DNA of 64,000 nucleotides from a bacterium (GCA_021813945.1 JAKAJD010000001.1:560412-624411), one strand, 5' to 3'; counted from the stretch's first letter, positions 28,986-38,438 are shown. Made by a program: numbers and translations. Notes: a model not told the origin generated them from the letters alone.

Positions 28986-29946
28986 GTACTTTTGCTAATT
29001 TTGGTGAATCGTTTCGAGGCCAAAAATCGACAAACTTCAAAATAGGCCTGGCCGCAAACGCTAGTCGCATTTTGAAAATCATATAAAAAACAAACATCCA
29101 AGGATCGCTTACAAAAAACTTCCATGCGACTCTTAAATCGAAAATTAGGCTGTCTTTAAAAACGTTTTGGACAATCTCAGGTTTGAAATAATTGTTAACG
29201 ATTTTTTCAGCAGAAACGTTTTTTCTGTACTCACCCACAAAATCCCCGATGCTCGTTGGACATCGGAAAATTCGAACCGCAAAAGGCGCAAAAACCGTGT
29301 CGAAATTATGGACCTTGCACCACAAGTGGGCATAAACATCCTCGGGAACACCTGCCGGCCATTTCAGTTTGGAGTAAACTTGTTTCGAAAATAAACGACC
29401 GCCTCGCCCGCATGTGTACCATTTTCTTTTTGTATAATCGCTAATTTCAAAATAGTGATAAAGCCTCGATTGCATTGACAAAACCTTCTCCATAATGGTT
29501 TTTCCGGCCAAAGGTTTGGCGTTTCCTTGAACCAAACCAATAGATCTGTTGCGCGCATAAGGTTCGACTAAATAATTCAAGTAGTTTTTCCCGTCGGTTA
29601 ACGTATCAGCCTCAAGAATCACGACAGCATCACCTTTTGCCATAGAAAAAATTTTATTCTGACAAAAACTTTGACCTTTTCGGGTCTGGTTATCAACAAG
29701 TTTTACCCGATTGTCCTTATATGTCTTGACGATTTGGCCGGTCCTATCGTTGCTACCGTCACTAACAACGATAATTTCCTGCAAACTGAACCATGTTTGC
29801 TTCTGGTTCAAAGTTTCTCTCAGCAAACTCCTTATATTCGCTTCTTCGTTGTAAGCCGGTATACCAACCGTCAAATTTACTTTTCCTTTCATATTCTTGA
29901 ATTTCCTTTCAAAAAACCACTCATGATAATTTTCTGTTCTTTTCAA
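28972..29946 (-). CDS. Glycosyltransferase family 2
   Basis: TVGIPAYNEEANIRSLL ... VVSDGSNDRTG. Confidence 0.8.
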   Translation of the reverse strand: MKRTENYHEWFFERKFKNMKGKVNLTVGIPAYNEEANIRSLLRETLNQKQTWFSLQEIIVVSDGSNDRTGQIVKTYKDNRVKLVDNQTRKGQSFCQNKIFSMAKGDAVVILEADTLTDGKNYLNYLVEPYARNRSIGLVQGNAKPLAGKTIMEKVLSMQSRLYHYFEISDYTKRKWYTCGRGGRLFSKQVYSKLKWPAGVPEDVYAHLWCKVHNFDTVFAPFAVRIFRCPTSIGDFVGEYRKNVSAEKIVNNYFKPEIVQNVFKDSLIFDLRVAWKFFVSDPWMFVFYMIFKMRLAFAARPILKFVDFWPRNDSPKLAKVHEQI

Positions 29947-32900
29947 TTATTTTTTCTAAGGTCTCGGTGCTTTGTTCCCAGCTAAAGTTTTCCGCCCATC
30001 TAACGCTAAACTTCTCGAAATCCCGCCTTAGGCGGTCATCGCGAATAAGCAATGTGATTTTTTGTGCAAGTTCAGATGAATCTCCCCAAGGCACCAGAAA
30101 ACCGTTGTGCGGATTTTTGACTGAATCCCGAAGACCGGGAACGTTAGAAGCTACAACTGGAGTACCACTGGCATTAGCTTCAATCACTGTGATCCCCCAA
30201 CCCTCGACCATTGAAGGTTGTGCAAGAACCCACGATTTGGCTAGCAGATCTGTCTTTGTTTTTTCGGATATCTTCCCTAGAAACTGAACGGCGTCACCAA
30301 GCTTAAGCTCCTCTGCCAGCTCCTCAAGTGAAGACCTGCTTTCACCTTCGCCTGCAATAACAAGCTTTGCTTTCTGCATGTCCGCCTTTATAAGAGCAAA
30401 AGCCTTAATGAGAATATCTATAGATTTATAAGGTTTCAGTCTTCCAAGGTATAGAACCACTGGACTTTTAGCTTTGGGCATGGGTTTAAATTTGGTTAAA
30501 TCAACACCCGGATGAATAATATCGATTGGAATTTTCCTTCCCAAACCAATCTTTTCCATATCCAGCTTTGATGATTTGGAGACGGTAACCAGCTTCACAT
30601 TCTGATAAATGAATGGCATAAGAACCCCTTCTAGAAATTTTCCGAACTGCGCAAAAGGAAATCTCAACTTTGTGCGGAAAACGTCTTGATGAATATGATG
30701 GACCAGTCCGACAATCGGTTTGCCAACATAAAGGGGAGTAAAAAACGGAATTCCGTTTTCGCTGTCAATGACTAAATCAAAGTGCTTTCTAAGCTTTAAT
30801 AAATAGTAAAGAGGCGCCAGAAGGTAGATTGTGTAAAAACCGCCGCGCCTTATGATCTCCACCCCGTCTATACATTCATAAGTTGGATTTTTTCTGTCAT
30901 TCCCACAAAAAACAGTCACCTGATTGCCATTTTTGATAAGACCTTTGGCTATCTCGTGTATGTAAACCTCCGCTCCTCCCGCCCAAACATGACGAGTGTC
31001 CCTCCAGTTGAAAATAAGAATTCGCTTTTCTGCTTGCCACGCAGGTCTTTTCGGTAAATCAAACTTGAATAAATCAATGATGTCCTTAAAATTTGAACCC
31101 AAAGTTGCCAAATCATCTCTAAAGAAATGCAAAATCATAACCGCAACGAGATTGGCAATACCGGCGACTAGCATTACGTCAACAATCTGTGGAACGGAAT
31201 TATGAAAGATGAAAATCCCGCCAATTTGGCCTAAAGCCAAAACAAAACTAACTATCGGGAAAATATGTTGGTGTTTAACCTGGTAATAATTGACAATTCT
31301 GGCAGCTATCGTAAAAGCCAAAATTCCAAAGCCGTAATAAGGAATCAAGTGTTCGACAGGGTGAATCTTTTGTCCTATCAAAAGCTCGGCAACCTCAAAG
31401 CCTAAAAAGGAAACTCCTAAATAAACCATGGTGCTGGAAATAGCTGATGCCAAAAACAACTTGTAAAATGCCTTTCTGCTGTCTCTTTTTGCGCCTTCCT
31501 CACGGCTAATTATCGGTGTAATAAATTGACCGAAAAGTCCACCCATGAAAAAGATCATTTTGCCAAAAAGCGCGAGAACCGCGTATTCACCCGCCTCTTT
31601 GGGTGAAAGAAATACTTTTGCCAAAATCACATCAAAGCTTAAAAATGCCAGGATCGAAAATTCCGAAAAAGCCGAGGTCATAAAGAAATGGACAGGAAAT
31701 TTAATTGCTTTTTTTACATTAACAACTACCTCCTTCTCAGAAACTGCATTAACTGAAAGCCAAGCCAAAAGCGCGGCTATGCCAATAGACGCCGGAATTG
31801 CTGCATAAACGTATTGCGGAAGTCCTAAGCTCACTAAAATCCAGCTGATTACAAATTTGGAAATAGCACCCACAACCATCAACCCGGCATATATGACAAA
31901 TTTCATATTTCCGTACAAAAAGCCAACATCAATTGCTGAAATTAAGCCCAAATACCAAACCGGAGCAAAAAGCACAAAAGGTAAGATTGAATCCGATTTA
32001 AAAATAGGAGCAATAAAAGGACTCGCCCCAAGCCATAAACCTGTAAAAACAAGTCCAAAAACAATCGCTCTTTTTCTAACCTGTCGCCAAAATAATTTAA
32101 CCGGACTTCCGTATTCTCCTAAAAAATAGGCACTTCTATGGGTGACTGTTCGGGAAAGGCTGTTAAATGGGATAGTGACTATAAACAAAAAGCTTCCCAC
32201 AAGGCTAACCAAACCAAATTGCTCAATAGAAATCGTCCTTCCTAAATAGGCGTTATAAGCAAAATTGAAGAAGTTTCCGACAACTGAAGCCAAAATCAAA
32301 ATACCTCCTGCAGCCTTGCCAGATTTAGCCAGTAGGCGCAGTTTGGCTACGTCAAAAAGTCCTGTATACGCTGCCTTGGGAGCCGGAATCGGCTCGGTTT
32401 CGTCCTCAACAAATTCTTTCTCAAGATTTCTGTTTTCCAAATTAAGCCCGTGGACGGTCTTTTCCCAAAAGTGCGGTTTAAAAATAAGCTGGTATAGCGC
32501 CTTTACACCGGCAACTGAAACCAAAAGCCAGTAAAATGGCACCAGAAAGACATATCTCATTAGTCCCCATTGCTCCCTTTTGGCACAGCCAATCATGTAG
32601 TAGTAGACAAAAAGGAAGTTGCCAAAAACCAAAGAAGAAACAGCCATGTAGAAAATAAATGATGGAAAAAGAGCTTCAATTGTTGTTCCAACCGCGGCGT
32701 TAAGCACAAAGTAAGCAATTGTCAAAAGCCACAAAATCGGATTGATAAAAATGAAGGCAATCTTTCCGCCCACTATCAGCTGGAAAATAAACGCGTGGAT
32801 GCCGTTTTCGCGCACGAACTCCACCGGGTTTCGCGTATGAACCAGATAAGTCTGCATATAACCTTTAATCCAACGCGACCTCTGGCGGATCCAATTTCCG

Positions 32901-34570
32901 ATTTGGCTATTAGCTTCTTCTAAAGTTGTTGAGTCGATAATTGCCGTCTTGTAGCCGATCTTAAAAAGCCGAACTCCCAAATCGGCATCCTCGGTTACGT
33001 TGAAAGGGTCCCATCCTTCAAAACGCCTAAGGTCCTCTGTTCTAAAATGATTGCTGGTTCCCCCAAGAGGAATTGCAGTATTGATCGATTGCATTCCGGT
33101 TAACGTGAGGTCAAACCAAAGCGAATATTCTGCTGTAAAAAGCCTGGTTAAAAAGTTCTGATCCGGGTTAAAGTAGTTGAGCTTCGCCTGCAAACACACG
33201 ACCTCCCGGGGCAACTTCAAAAAGCCCAAATAAGCCTTTTTAAGCTGCTGCGGGTCGGGTATATCCTCGGCATCGTAAATAACCACGTATTCCCCTTTTG
33301 CAAGCGTTAAACCGTAGTTGCAAGCCTTAGGTTTCGTTTTGGGCAAGGAATGAGGAACAATAACTTTTTTGATATATTTCGGAAGCTTACTGTTATCCAG
33401 CGCTTTTATTGTCTCTTTGTCGTCTGCTTCCAAAAGCAGCAAGACATCCAGCTTTTCCTTTGGCCAGTCAATAGCCTCCAAAGCATCCAGAAAGTTAGGT
33501 AAAATGGCAGCTTCCCGATAAAGAGGGCACAAAACCGAATAAACGGGCAGCTCTTCATCGTCGAGTTTAGCAATTTGCGATGGTGTAAAAGTTATATCCG
33601 GCGGAGACTGAAGACTTCTTAAAACCAAAAAAAGATTGAAAACTACGTCAAAAAAATAGATCGTTGAAAGAACTGCAATGAATACTGCAACCGCTTGCAG
33701 CGGCCCTAAAAAAAATCCCAGCGCTGCTGCCCCAAAAATCGAAGCGAAAATGACTTTCTGCAAAAAAGTAAAGTTGATAACCGCCGATTTTCTGTGGCTC
33801 AAAGTTGTGTGGGTTATGAATTTTCGCCCTAAAAAACCGACTCCCGCGCCGCGCATCACTTCCCCTTCTTCGGGCCTAATATGAACAGGTGCTTGCCGTA
33901 GGGTTTTTAAAGCCAGCGCATTGGTTGCCAAATCCCAACCGTTTCTCAAAAAGCTTATTTTTGAATCCCCACCTTGGCGTTTTTCAAACGCAACATCCAC
34001 TTCACCAACTGAAAAACCGGCATTTTTAGCTCTCACCAAAAATTCCAAATCGAAAGACCAGGGTGATTTTGGACTAAACTTTACTGTTTCAAAAACTTGG
34101 CGCTTAAAAGCTTTAAGGCCGGACTGAACGTCACAGCCAATGCCGTGAAGCAGTCTGCCAAAGGCAAACTTAAAGATCTTGGAAAAAGTTTTTCGAAATA
34201 TTGGCGCTTTATATTCGCTTCTGTTGGCAACGACAATGTCAACTTCCGAAAGGCCTGAAACAAGATCGGCGATTGCTTCGGGCGGATACTGCAAATCCGC
34301 ATCTATCATCACCAAAATATTGCCGGAAGCTTTAGAAAAACCTTCAACGAGTGAGTAAGACTTACCTTTCTCGCCCTCTTTTCTAAAGACTCTGAGCGGG
34401 AATTTTTTCCGAAGTTTTAAAAGAAGTTCCCACGTGCCGTCGGTTGAAAAATCGTCAACAACTACAATCTCATGTGCTTTTGGGAACGCGAAAAGTGCCT
34501 TCTCGATACGCTCGAGCAGGCTTTCAACATTACTAACCTCGTTAAATGTCGGTACTACGACACTAACCAT
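29921..34570 (-). CDS. Four-module mega-glycosyltransferase (1549 aa). In order: a Dpm1/GtrB-like polyprenyl-phosphate sugar synthase GT2; a processive GT2 with the QxxRW motif; a polytopic membrane domain with about 12 helices; and a C-terminal GT4.
   Basis: Module 1 (about 33880-34570): VVVPTFNE, VVVDDFSTDGT, MIDADLQYPPE. Module 2 (about 32770-33550): YDAEDIP, FRTEDL, TEDADLG, QRSRW. Module 3 (about 31030-32770): multi-TM, MOP/flippase-like. Module 4 (29921-31030): EGWGITVIEANASGTPVVASN of GT4. Confidence 0.8.
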   Translation of the reverse strand: MVSVVVPTFNEVSNVESLLERIEKALFAFPKAHEIVVVDDFSTDGTWELLLKLRKKFPLRVFRKEGEKGKSYSLVEGFSKASGNILVMIDADLQYPPEAIADLVSGLSEVDIVVANRSEYKAPIFRKTFSKIFKFAFGRLLHGIGCDVQSGLKAFKRQVFETVKFSPKSPWSFDLEFLVRAKNAGFSVGEVDVAFEKRQGGDSKISFLRNGWDLATNALALKTLRQAPVHIRPEEGEVMRGAGVGFLGRKFITHTTLSHRKSAVINFTFLQKVIFASIFGAAALGFFLGPLQAVAVFIAVLSTIYFFDVVFNLFLVLRSLQSPPDITFTPSQIAKLDDEELPVYSVLCPLYREAAILPNFLDALEAIDWPKEKLDVLLLLEADDKETIKALDNSKLPKYIKKVIVPHSLPKTKPKACNYGLTLAKGEYVVIYDAEDIPDPQQLKKAYLGFLKLPREVVCLQAKLNYFNPDQNFLTRLFTAEYSLWFDLTLTGMQSINTAIPLGGTSNHFRTEDLRRFEGWDPFNVTEDADLGVRLFKIGYKTAIIDSTTLEEANSQIGNWIRQRSRWIKGYMQTYLVHTRNPVEFVRENGIHAFIFQLIVGGKIAFIFINPILWLLTIAYFVLNAAVGTTIEALFPSFIFYMAVSSLVFGNFLFVYYYMIGCAKREQWGLMRYVFLVPFYWLLVSVAGVKALYQLIFKPHFWEKTVHGLNLENRNLEKEFVEDETEPIPAPKAAYTGLFDVAKLRLLAKSGKAAGGILILASVVGNFFNFAYNAYLGRTISIEQFGLVSLVGSFLFIVTIPFNSLSRTVTHRSAYFLGEYGSPVKLFWRQVRKRAIVFGLVFTGLWLGASPFIAPIFKSDSILPFVLFAPVWYLGLISAIDVGFLYGNMKFVIYAGLMVVGAISKFVISWILVSLGLPQYVYAAIPASIGIAALLAWLSVNAVSEKEVVVNVKKAIKFPVHFFMTSAFSEFSILAFLSFDVILAKVFLSPKEAGEYAVLALFGKMIFFMGGLFGQFITPIISREEGAKRDSRKAFYKLFLASAISSTMVYLGVSFLGFEVAELLIGQKIHPVEHLIPYYGFGILAFTIAARIVNYYQVKHQHIFPIVSFVLALGQIGGIFIFHNSVPQIVDVMLVAGIANLVAVMILHFFRDDLATLGSNFKDIIDLFKFDLPKRPAWQAEKRILIFNWRDTRHVWAGGAEVYIHEIAKGLIKNGNQVTVFCGNDRKNPTYECIDGVEIIRRGGFYTIYLLAPLYYLLKLRKHFDLVIDSENGIPFFTPLYVGKPIVGLVHHIHQDVFRTKLRFPFAQFGKFLEGVLMPFIYQNVKLVTVSKSSKLDMEKIGLGRKIPIDIIHPGVDLTKFKPMPKAKSPVVLYLGRLKPYKSIDILIKAFALIKADMQKAKLVIAGEGESRSSLEELAEELKLGDAVQFLGKISEKTKTDLLAKSWVLAQPSMVEGWGITVIEANASGTPVVASNVPGLRDSVKNPHNGFLVPWGDSSELAQKITLLIRDDRLRRDFEKFSVRWAENFSWEQSTETLEKIIEKNRKLS

Positions 34571-34722
34571 TTGAACCTTTTTGGGCAGATTTAATTAAGC
34601 AGAAGTTTTAGGCAGTTCGATCAGAAATCGAAGGGTCATAATAACATATAGTAGTTGGAAAGACAATACTTAACCTTTTAAAGCTGAGGCTTATAGTTTT
34701 GAAGCTGAAAGGCGCAAAATCC

Positions 34723-36924
34723 CTAGAATAAGAAGTGTCTCAAGGCCATGGCGCTGGCGGCAAATCGGGAAAACAGCCTAGACACCAAAACCGAAGGCTT
34801 AGGAAAGGTGTATCCCCGAAGTCGCGTAACGTAGGCAACCACAACCCTCCAAGGTCTTGCAATTAACCTTTGGGCAATATAGAGAATCCCCAAGTAACCA
34901 AGAATCATAAATGCCGTCTCCAGCCAGTTTCTAGCGGATGCAATGTTAGACGCGCCCTCTAGTCCTTGCCCCGAACTGCTGCCCCCACTTGTCGAAGCCG
35001 CCAAAACGTCCGGCACAATGCCGCCTGTTGGAAATACCGAAACATACGATAGTCCTACCTGGAAACTTGTTTGTGAAGAAGAAGAAATTATGTCGTCACT
35101 TGGCCCGACCTTGCCCTGGGCATCGACTTCGGCAGAGTATGTACCCGCCGGTGCTTTTTCAGAAAGCACCAGGCCAAAGGAAATATTAGCTACATGTCCG
35201 GAATCCAGCTTGCCAACACCAAAACTTTGCTCGGAAGCCAAACTACCGTCCGGCGCCCACAGCTTGAAAGTTATATTGGTGTCGTAAACCGGTCCGGTCC
35301 CGCTGTTTTTGGCTGCAGCAAAGAAAGTTACCGTATCGCCTGGATTTACATAGCCTCCAACGTTAGTCGAAATTTTGGTCGAAAGCGCACCTCCGGGACC
35401 ATGCACATCCGGCTGACTCTGACTTTGACTCTGACTCTGACTTTCAGTAGCCGCAAACTGGCTAGCCCCGCCAATATCTCCATTTAAAGTCCCAAAAATG
35501 TTAATAATTCCAAAAAATCCCTTTACGTTTACAAAATTGGCATTGACAAAATTGATAATATTCACAACAGAAAAGGCCGAACCTGTTCTAATCGACCCGT
35601 TACCAATACTATTGCCACCTGTGTTAGCAGAAGAAACCACCCGGTTTGTTAAACTTACCGAGTTACTCTGCGTCAAATCACCGCAACCACAACTACCGCC
35701 TACCCCTCCTTGGCCTAAAGGCCCGAAATCAAAACTCATCAAGCCGTAAACTGGATCCGCCGCCCCAGCACTTCCCCAACCCAAAAACTTACCATTCCAA
35801 GTTCCTAAATTATTAATAAGAAGCTGGGCAAAACTGCCTCCAAAGATATTTAAATTGGCAAAATTGGAAACATTAACAGCCGTCGTTGCATTACCGGTCG
35901 ATGTATTTCCTCCGCCACTGGTATTTGATCCGCTATTTGATGTAGCTTCCACATTATTTTGGATGTTGGCACTATTTTGCTGGCTTACGCTCCCGCCTCC
36001 GCTTTGACTCTGACTTTGACTTTGACCTGACCCGCCTGTCCCTAAATTGTCCGGCAAAACAATATTGCCGGAAACATTCCCAAAAAGATTCAATACGACA
36101 AACTTAATGCTGGACCCGAAAAAGTTTGTATTAATAAAGTTCAAAAGGTTAACCGAAGAATAAGCATTTCCGGTCTGAACATTACCTGTACCCAAAACGC
36201 TGTTTTGTCCGCTATTGGCAGCAGCATATATAAGGTTAACAACTAGCGCATTGTTGCTTTGGTTTCCAACAACTACCATTGCCGAGGGAAGCAGCTGACC
36301 ATCGGCAAGCTGCGTCAAGTCAATATTGCCGTTTTCGTCGGCATAAACATTCTTGATGCTATAAGCATATGCAGAGTCGGCAATATTGCTGTTTGCCGAA
36401 TTGACTACAGTCACATCGGTTGTGGCGCCACCGGTGTTAATATTGCCGCCGACAGAGCCAGTATTATTAGTGGAAGGACTTGCTGACCCGCTTGCTTCGA
36501 CTGTAGCAGACTGTGTCGCTTGGTTACTTTCTATATCAGAAGGTGTACCTACTGTATTATTTCCGGTATTGGAAGTAGAAGAAACATTATTGCCAACTGT
36601 CGCGTTGTTCTGCTGGTTAACATCGCCGCCCGGGCAGCTTGAAGGACAAGGCGACGGTGATGGGCTTGGGTCAGGGCTTGGTGTCGGGCTTGAATCAACC
36701 GAAGTCGTTTGAGTCGTTGGTATGGGTGTTGGGGTTGGTGACGCTGATATCGAAGTATCAGATGCGGGTGTTGGACTCGGTGAATCCGAAGGGCTGGGCG
36801 TTGGAGTCGGTGTTGGATCAGTAGTAGTTGTACCAGTCGTCTGATCTGCCCACACCAACCTTCCGGGCAAAAACCCGATCGACAAAAATATTATTAGTGT
36901 AATCGCTGTAATTCTTTTAATCAT
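34723..36924 (-). CDS. Cell-surface protein with a signal peptide, a Thr/Pro/Ser-rich linker and Asn/Ser/Gly-rich repeats. (SQ)n tracts are encoded by hexanucleotide repeats. C-terminal hydrophobic anchor.
   Basis: MIKRITAITLIIFLSIGFLPG signal; [21 protein letters not shown] linker; GACTCT/GACTTT tandem tracts at 35414-35445 and 36003-36030. Confidence 0.55.
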   Translation of the reverse strand: MIKRITAITLIIFLSIGFLPGRLVWADQTTGTTTTDPTPTPTPSPSDSPSPTPASDTSISASPTPTPIPTTQTTSVDSSPTPSPDPSPSPSPCPSSCPGGDVNQQNNATVGNNVSSTSNTGNNTVGTPSDIESNQATQSATVEASGSASPSTNNTGSVGGNINTGGATTDVTVVNSANSNIADSAYAYSIKNVYADENGNIDLTQLADGQLLPSAMVVVGNQSNNALVVNLIYAAANSGQNSVLGTGNVQTGNAYSSVNLLNFINTNFFGSSIKFVVLNLFGNVSGNIVLPDNLGTGGSGQSQSQSQSGGGSVSQQNSANIQNNVEATSNSGSNTSGGGNTSTGNATTAVNVSNFANLNIFGGSFAQLLINNLGTWNGKFLGWGSAGAADPVYGLMSFDFGPLGQGGVGGSCGCGDLTQSNSVSLTNRVVSSANTGGNSIGNGSIRTGSAFSVVNIINFVNANFVNVKGFFGIINIFGTLNGDIGGASQFAATESQSQSQSQSQPDVHGPGGALSTKISTNVGGYVNPGDTVTFFAAAKNSGTGPVYDTNITFKLWAPDGSLASEQSFGVGKLDSGHVANISFGLVLSEKAPAGTYSAEVDAQGKVGPSDDIISSSSQTSFQVGLSYVSVFPTGGIVPDVLAASTSGGSSSGQGLEGASNIASARNWLETAFMILGYLGILYIAQRLIARPWRVVVAYVTRLRGYTFPKPSVLVSRLFSRFAASAMALRHFLF
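35414..35445 (-). repeat. In-frame hexanucleotide tandem repeat (GACTCT/GACTTT)n encoding (SQ)n
   Basis: Seen in sequence; second tract at 36003-36030. Confidence 0.6.
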
Positions 36925-36954
36925 TTTTTCTTGTGCATAGTTCTCTGTTCTCTA

Positions 36955-37012
36955 AGTTAAGGGCAGGCCTTAAGCTTTGTGTCCCCTGTGCAAAAGGCCT
37001 GCCCTTTGCCTG
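36955..37012. repeat. Intergenic palindromic repeat (type 2): GGGCAGGCCTT ... AAGGCCTGCCCTT
   Basis: Family member; followed at 37027-37100 by a second hairpin, GGAGAGGGAAG / CCTCCCCTCTCC. Confidence 0.6.
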
Positions 37013-37111
37013 GGAAAACTCCACCCTGGAGAGGGAAGCCTAACTCAAACTTTTGGCAACCGAATGTACTGCCAAAGGTTTTCCTCCCCTCTCCTAAGAT
37101 GAAGGGAAACG

Positions 37112-37576
37112 TTACTCGTCGTTGTGGTCTCCACCACCAAATCCGACGTTAACGTTTTTGTTGACGACGTTGCTCACAACAACGCCTGTTCCGGCATCAC
37201 CAGTAGAAGTTGATCCTTCCACCTCGCCGCGTACATTGTTGTTACCGGTGTTTGAACCAGCTACAACTGAATTTCCAATGAGGGCTACGTTTTTCTGGGA
37301 ATTTTTGCATCCACATGAAGAAACGTTCACATTCTTGTTGGCGATGTTTGATACCCCCACAACTGTTGTGGCATCGCCAGTCTTGGTTGAACCACCATGT
37401 TCTATTTCGCCTTTAACATTGTTGTTACCGGTGTTTGAACCAGCTACAATTGAATTTCTAATGCCGGCGAAATTGAACTGCCCGCCACCAAAATGGCCTG
37501 CAAAAGCTGGTACTGCTGTTGCCGCAAAAAGTGCCGCAGCTGCACCGATAGTTACTAATTTTTTGGTTGAAATCAT
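37112..37576 (-). CDS. Secreted protein with an internal duplication (154 aa, counted from ATG 37576). The ORF-track start at 37705 is probably too far upstream.
   Basis: Strong SD GGAGGTG 8 nt upstream of ATG (MISTKKLVTIGAAAALFAATAVPAFA signal peptide); two roughly 60-aa repeats VAGSNTGNNNV(K/R)GE...NKNVNV. Confidence 0.55.
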   Translation of the reverse strand: MISTKKLVTIGAAAALFAATAVPAFAGHFGGGQFNFAGIRNSIVAGSNTGNNNVKGEIEHGGSTKTGDATTVVGVSNIANKNVNVSSCGCKNSQKNVALIGNSVVAGSNTGNNNVRGEVEGSTSTGDAGTGVVVSNVVNKNVNVGFGGGDHNDE

Positions 37577-37652
37577 TATTATTTTCACCTCCTTCCCTAA
37601 AAAGGATATTTCCGCTAGGTTGTCCAAAAAAACAAAAAGCGGAGGCTCATTG

Positions 37653-37669
37653 CCTAGCAAATTGCTAGG
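37653..37669. promoter_or_regulatory. Perfect 17-bp palindrome CCTAGCAA-A-TTGCTAGG nested in a longer inverted repeat, about 80 nt upstream of the 37576 start. Candidate operator.
   Basis: Seen in sequence; flanked by GCGGAGG ... CCTCCG arms. Confidence 0.3.
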
Positions 37670-37852
37670 AAACAAACCTCCGTTTGCGGCCGGTTTACCC
37701 TCCAAAACTTTAGTGAAGAAGGGTTAAATATTAAAATTTTGGACAGAAAAGCGAAAGTTTCGGGGCAGAAAACTGAAACTATAAACACACTACCACCGAA
37801 AATTTACCCTGTCAAGTGCCCTCATTCAGCCTCAAAAACGATCAATTTGAAA

Positions 37853-38437
37853 TCAAAATATCTTTTTGAAAAGACCAAAAATTACCCGCCAAACTGCCGA
37901 AAAAACATTGACTTTGTGGGCTTTGGTCCCGGGTTCAGGACTCAAACCTGGCGAAGGTAAAGCTGAAGGTGAACCGGAAACCTTATCAAAACCCGAACTC
38001 CCGGCACCAACCAAGTTTTCAACTTTCACATTGCTACTTGAGTTTCCTCCGCCAACCGTAATTGTTTTAACCAGGCTTAAATTTGACCCGGAAGACTCTA
38101 TATCGGCTTCCAAAGAATATGTCCCCTCAGCCTTTGGGGCCGCAAAATCAACTGTAAACACGTCTCCGGATCGCCTCATTTGGTAGGTCGAAAGCACATT
38201 GTATTCACTGTCGTGAACATTGAGGTTGTGCTTGCCAGATCCATCATTACCGGTTGTAATGCGCACATAAACAGTCTGGCCTTGGCCAAAATTTTGGGTC
38301 TTTTGAGAAAAACCGGGATCAGTTGCTATCTCCATCGGCACGTTGGCACCTGCCGAATCTACAATTTTCGAAACATCAACATTTGGGCTTAAATTGGAAA
38401 AATTTAAGGAGGAAAAGAGCAAAATCGCGCCAATCAT
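37853..38437 (-). CDS. Secreted hypothetical protein
   Basis: ORF with an N-terminal hydrophobic signal. Confidence 0.4.
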   Translation of the reverse strand: MIGAILLFSSLNFSNLSPNVDVSKIVDSAGANVPMEIATDPGFSQKTQNFGQGQTVYVRITTGNDGSGKHNLNVHDSEYNVLSTYQMRRSGDVFTVDFAAPKAEGTYSLEADIESSGSNLSLVKTITVGGGNSSSNVKVENLVGAGSSGFDKVSGSPSALPSPGLSPEPGTKAHKVNVFSAVWRVIFGLFKKIF

Positions 38438-38438
38438 A

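Noticed and set aside
21198-36924. Mobile element, prophage or genomic island with an integrase bounding the glycosylation cluster
   Set aside because: No integrase, transposase or tRNA-adjacent att-like direct repeats were seen. The tRNAs at 17.4-17.7 kb are not adjacent to the cluster.
37122-37727. 201-aa plus-strand ORF, and similar plus-strand ORFs inside the giant minus-strand genes (for example 4869..5219 and 5819..6229)
   Set aside because: These are antisense shadow ORFs fully overlapped by better-supported minus-strand genes. Pro/Ser/Thr-rich translation products are typical of out-of-frame reading.
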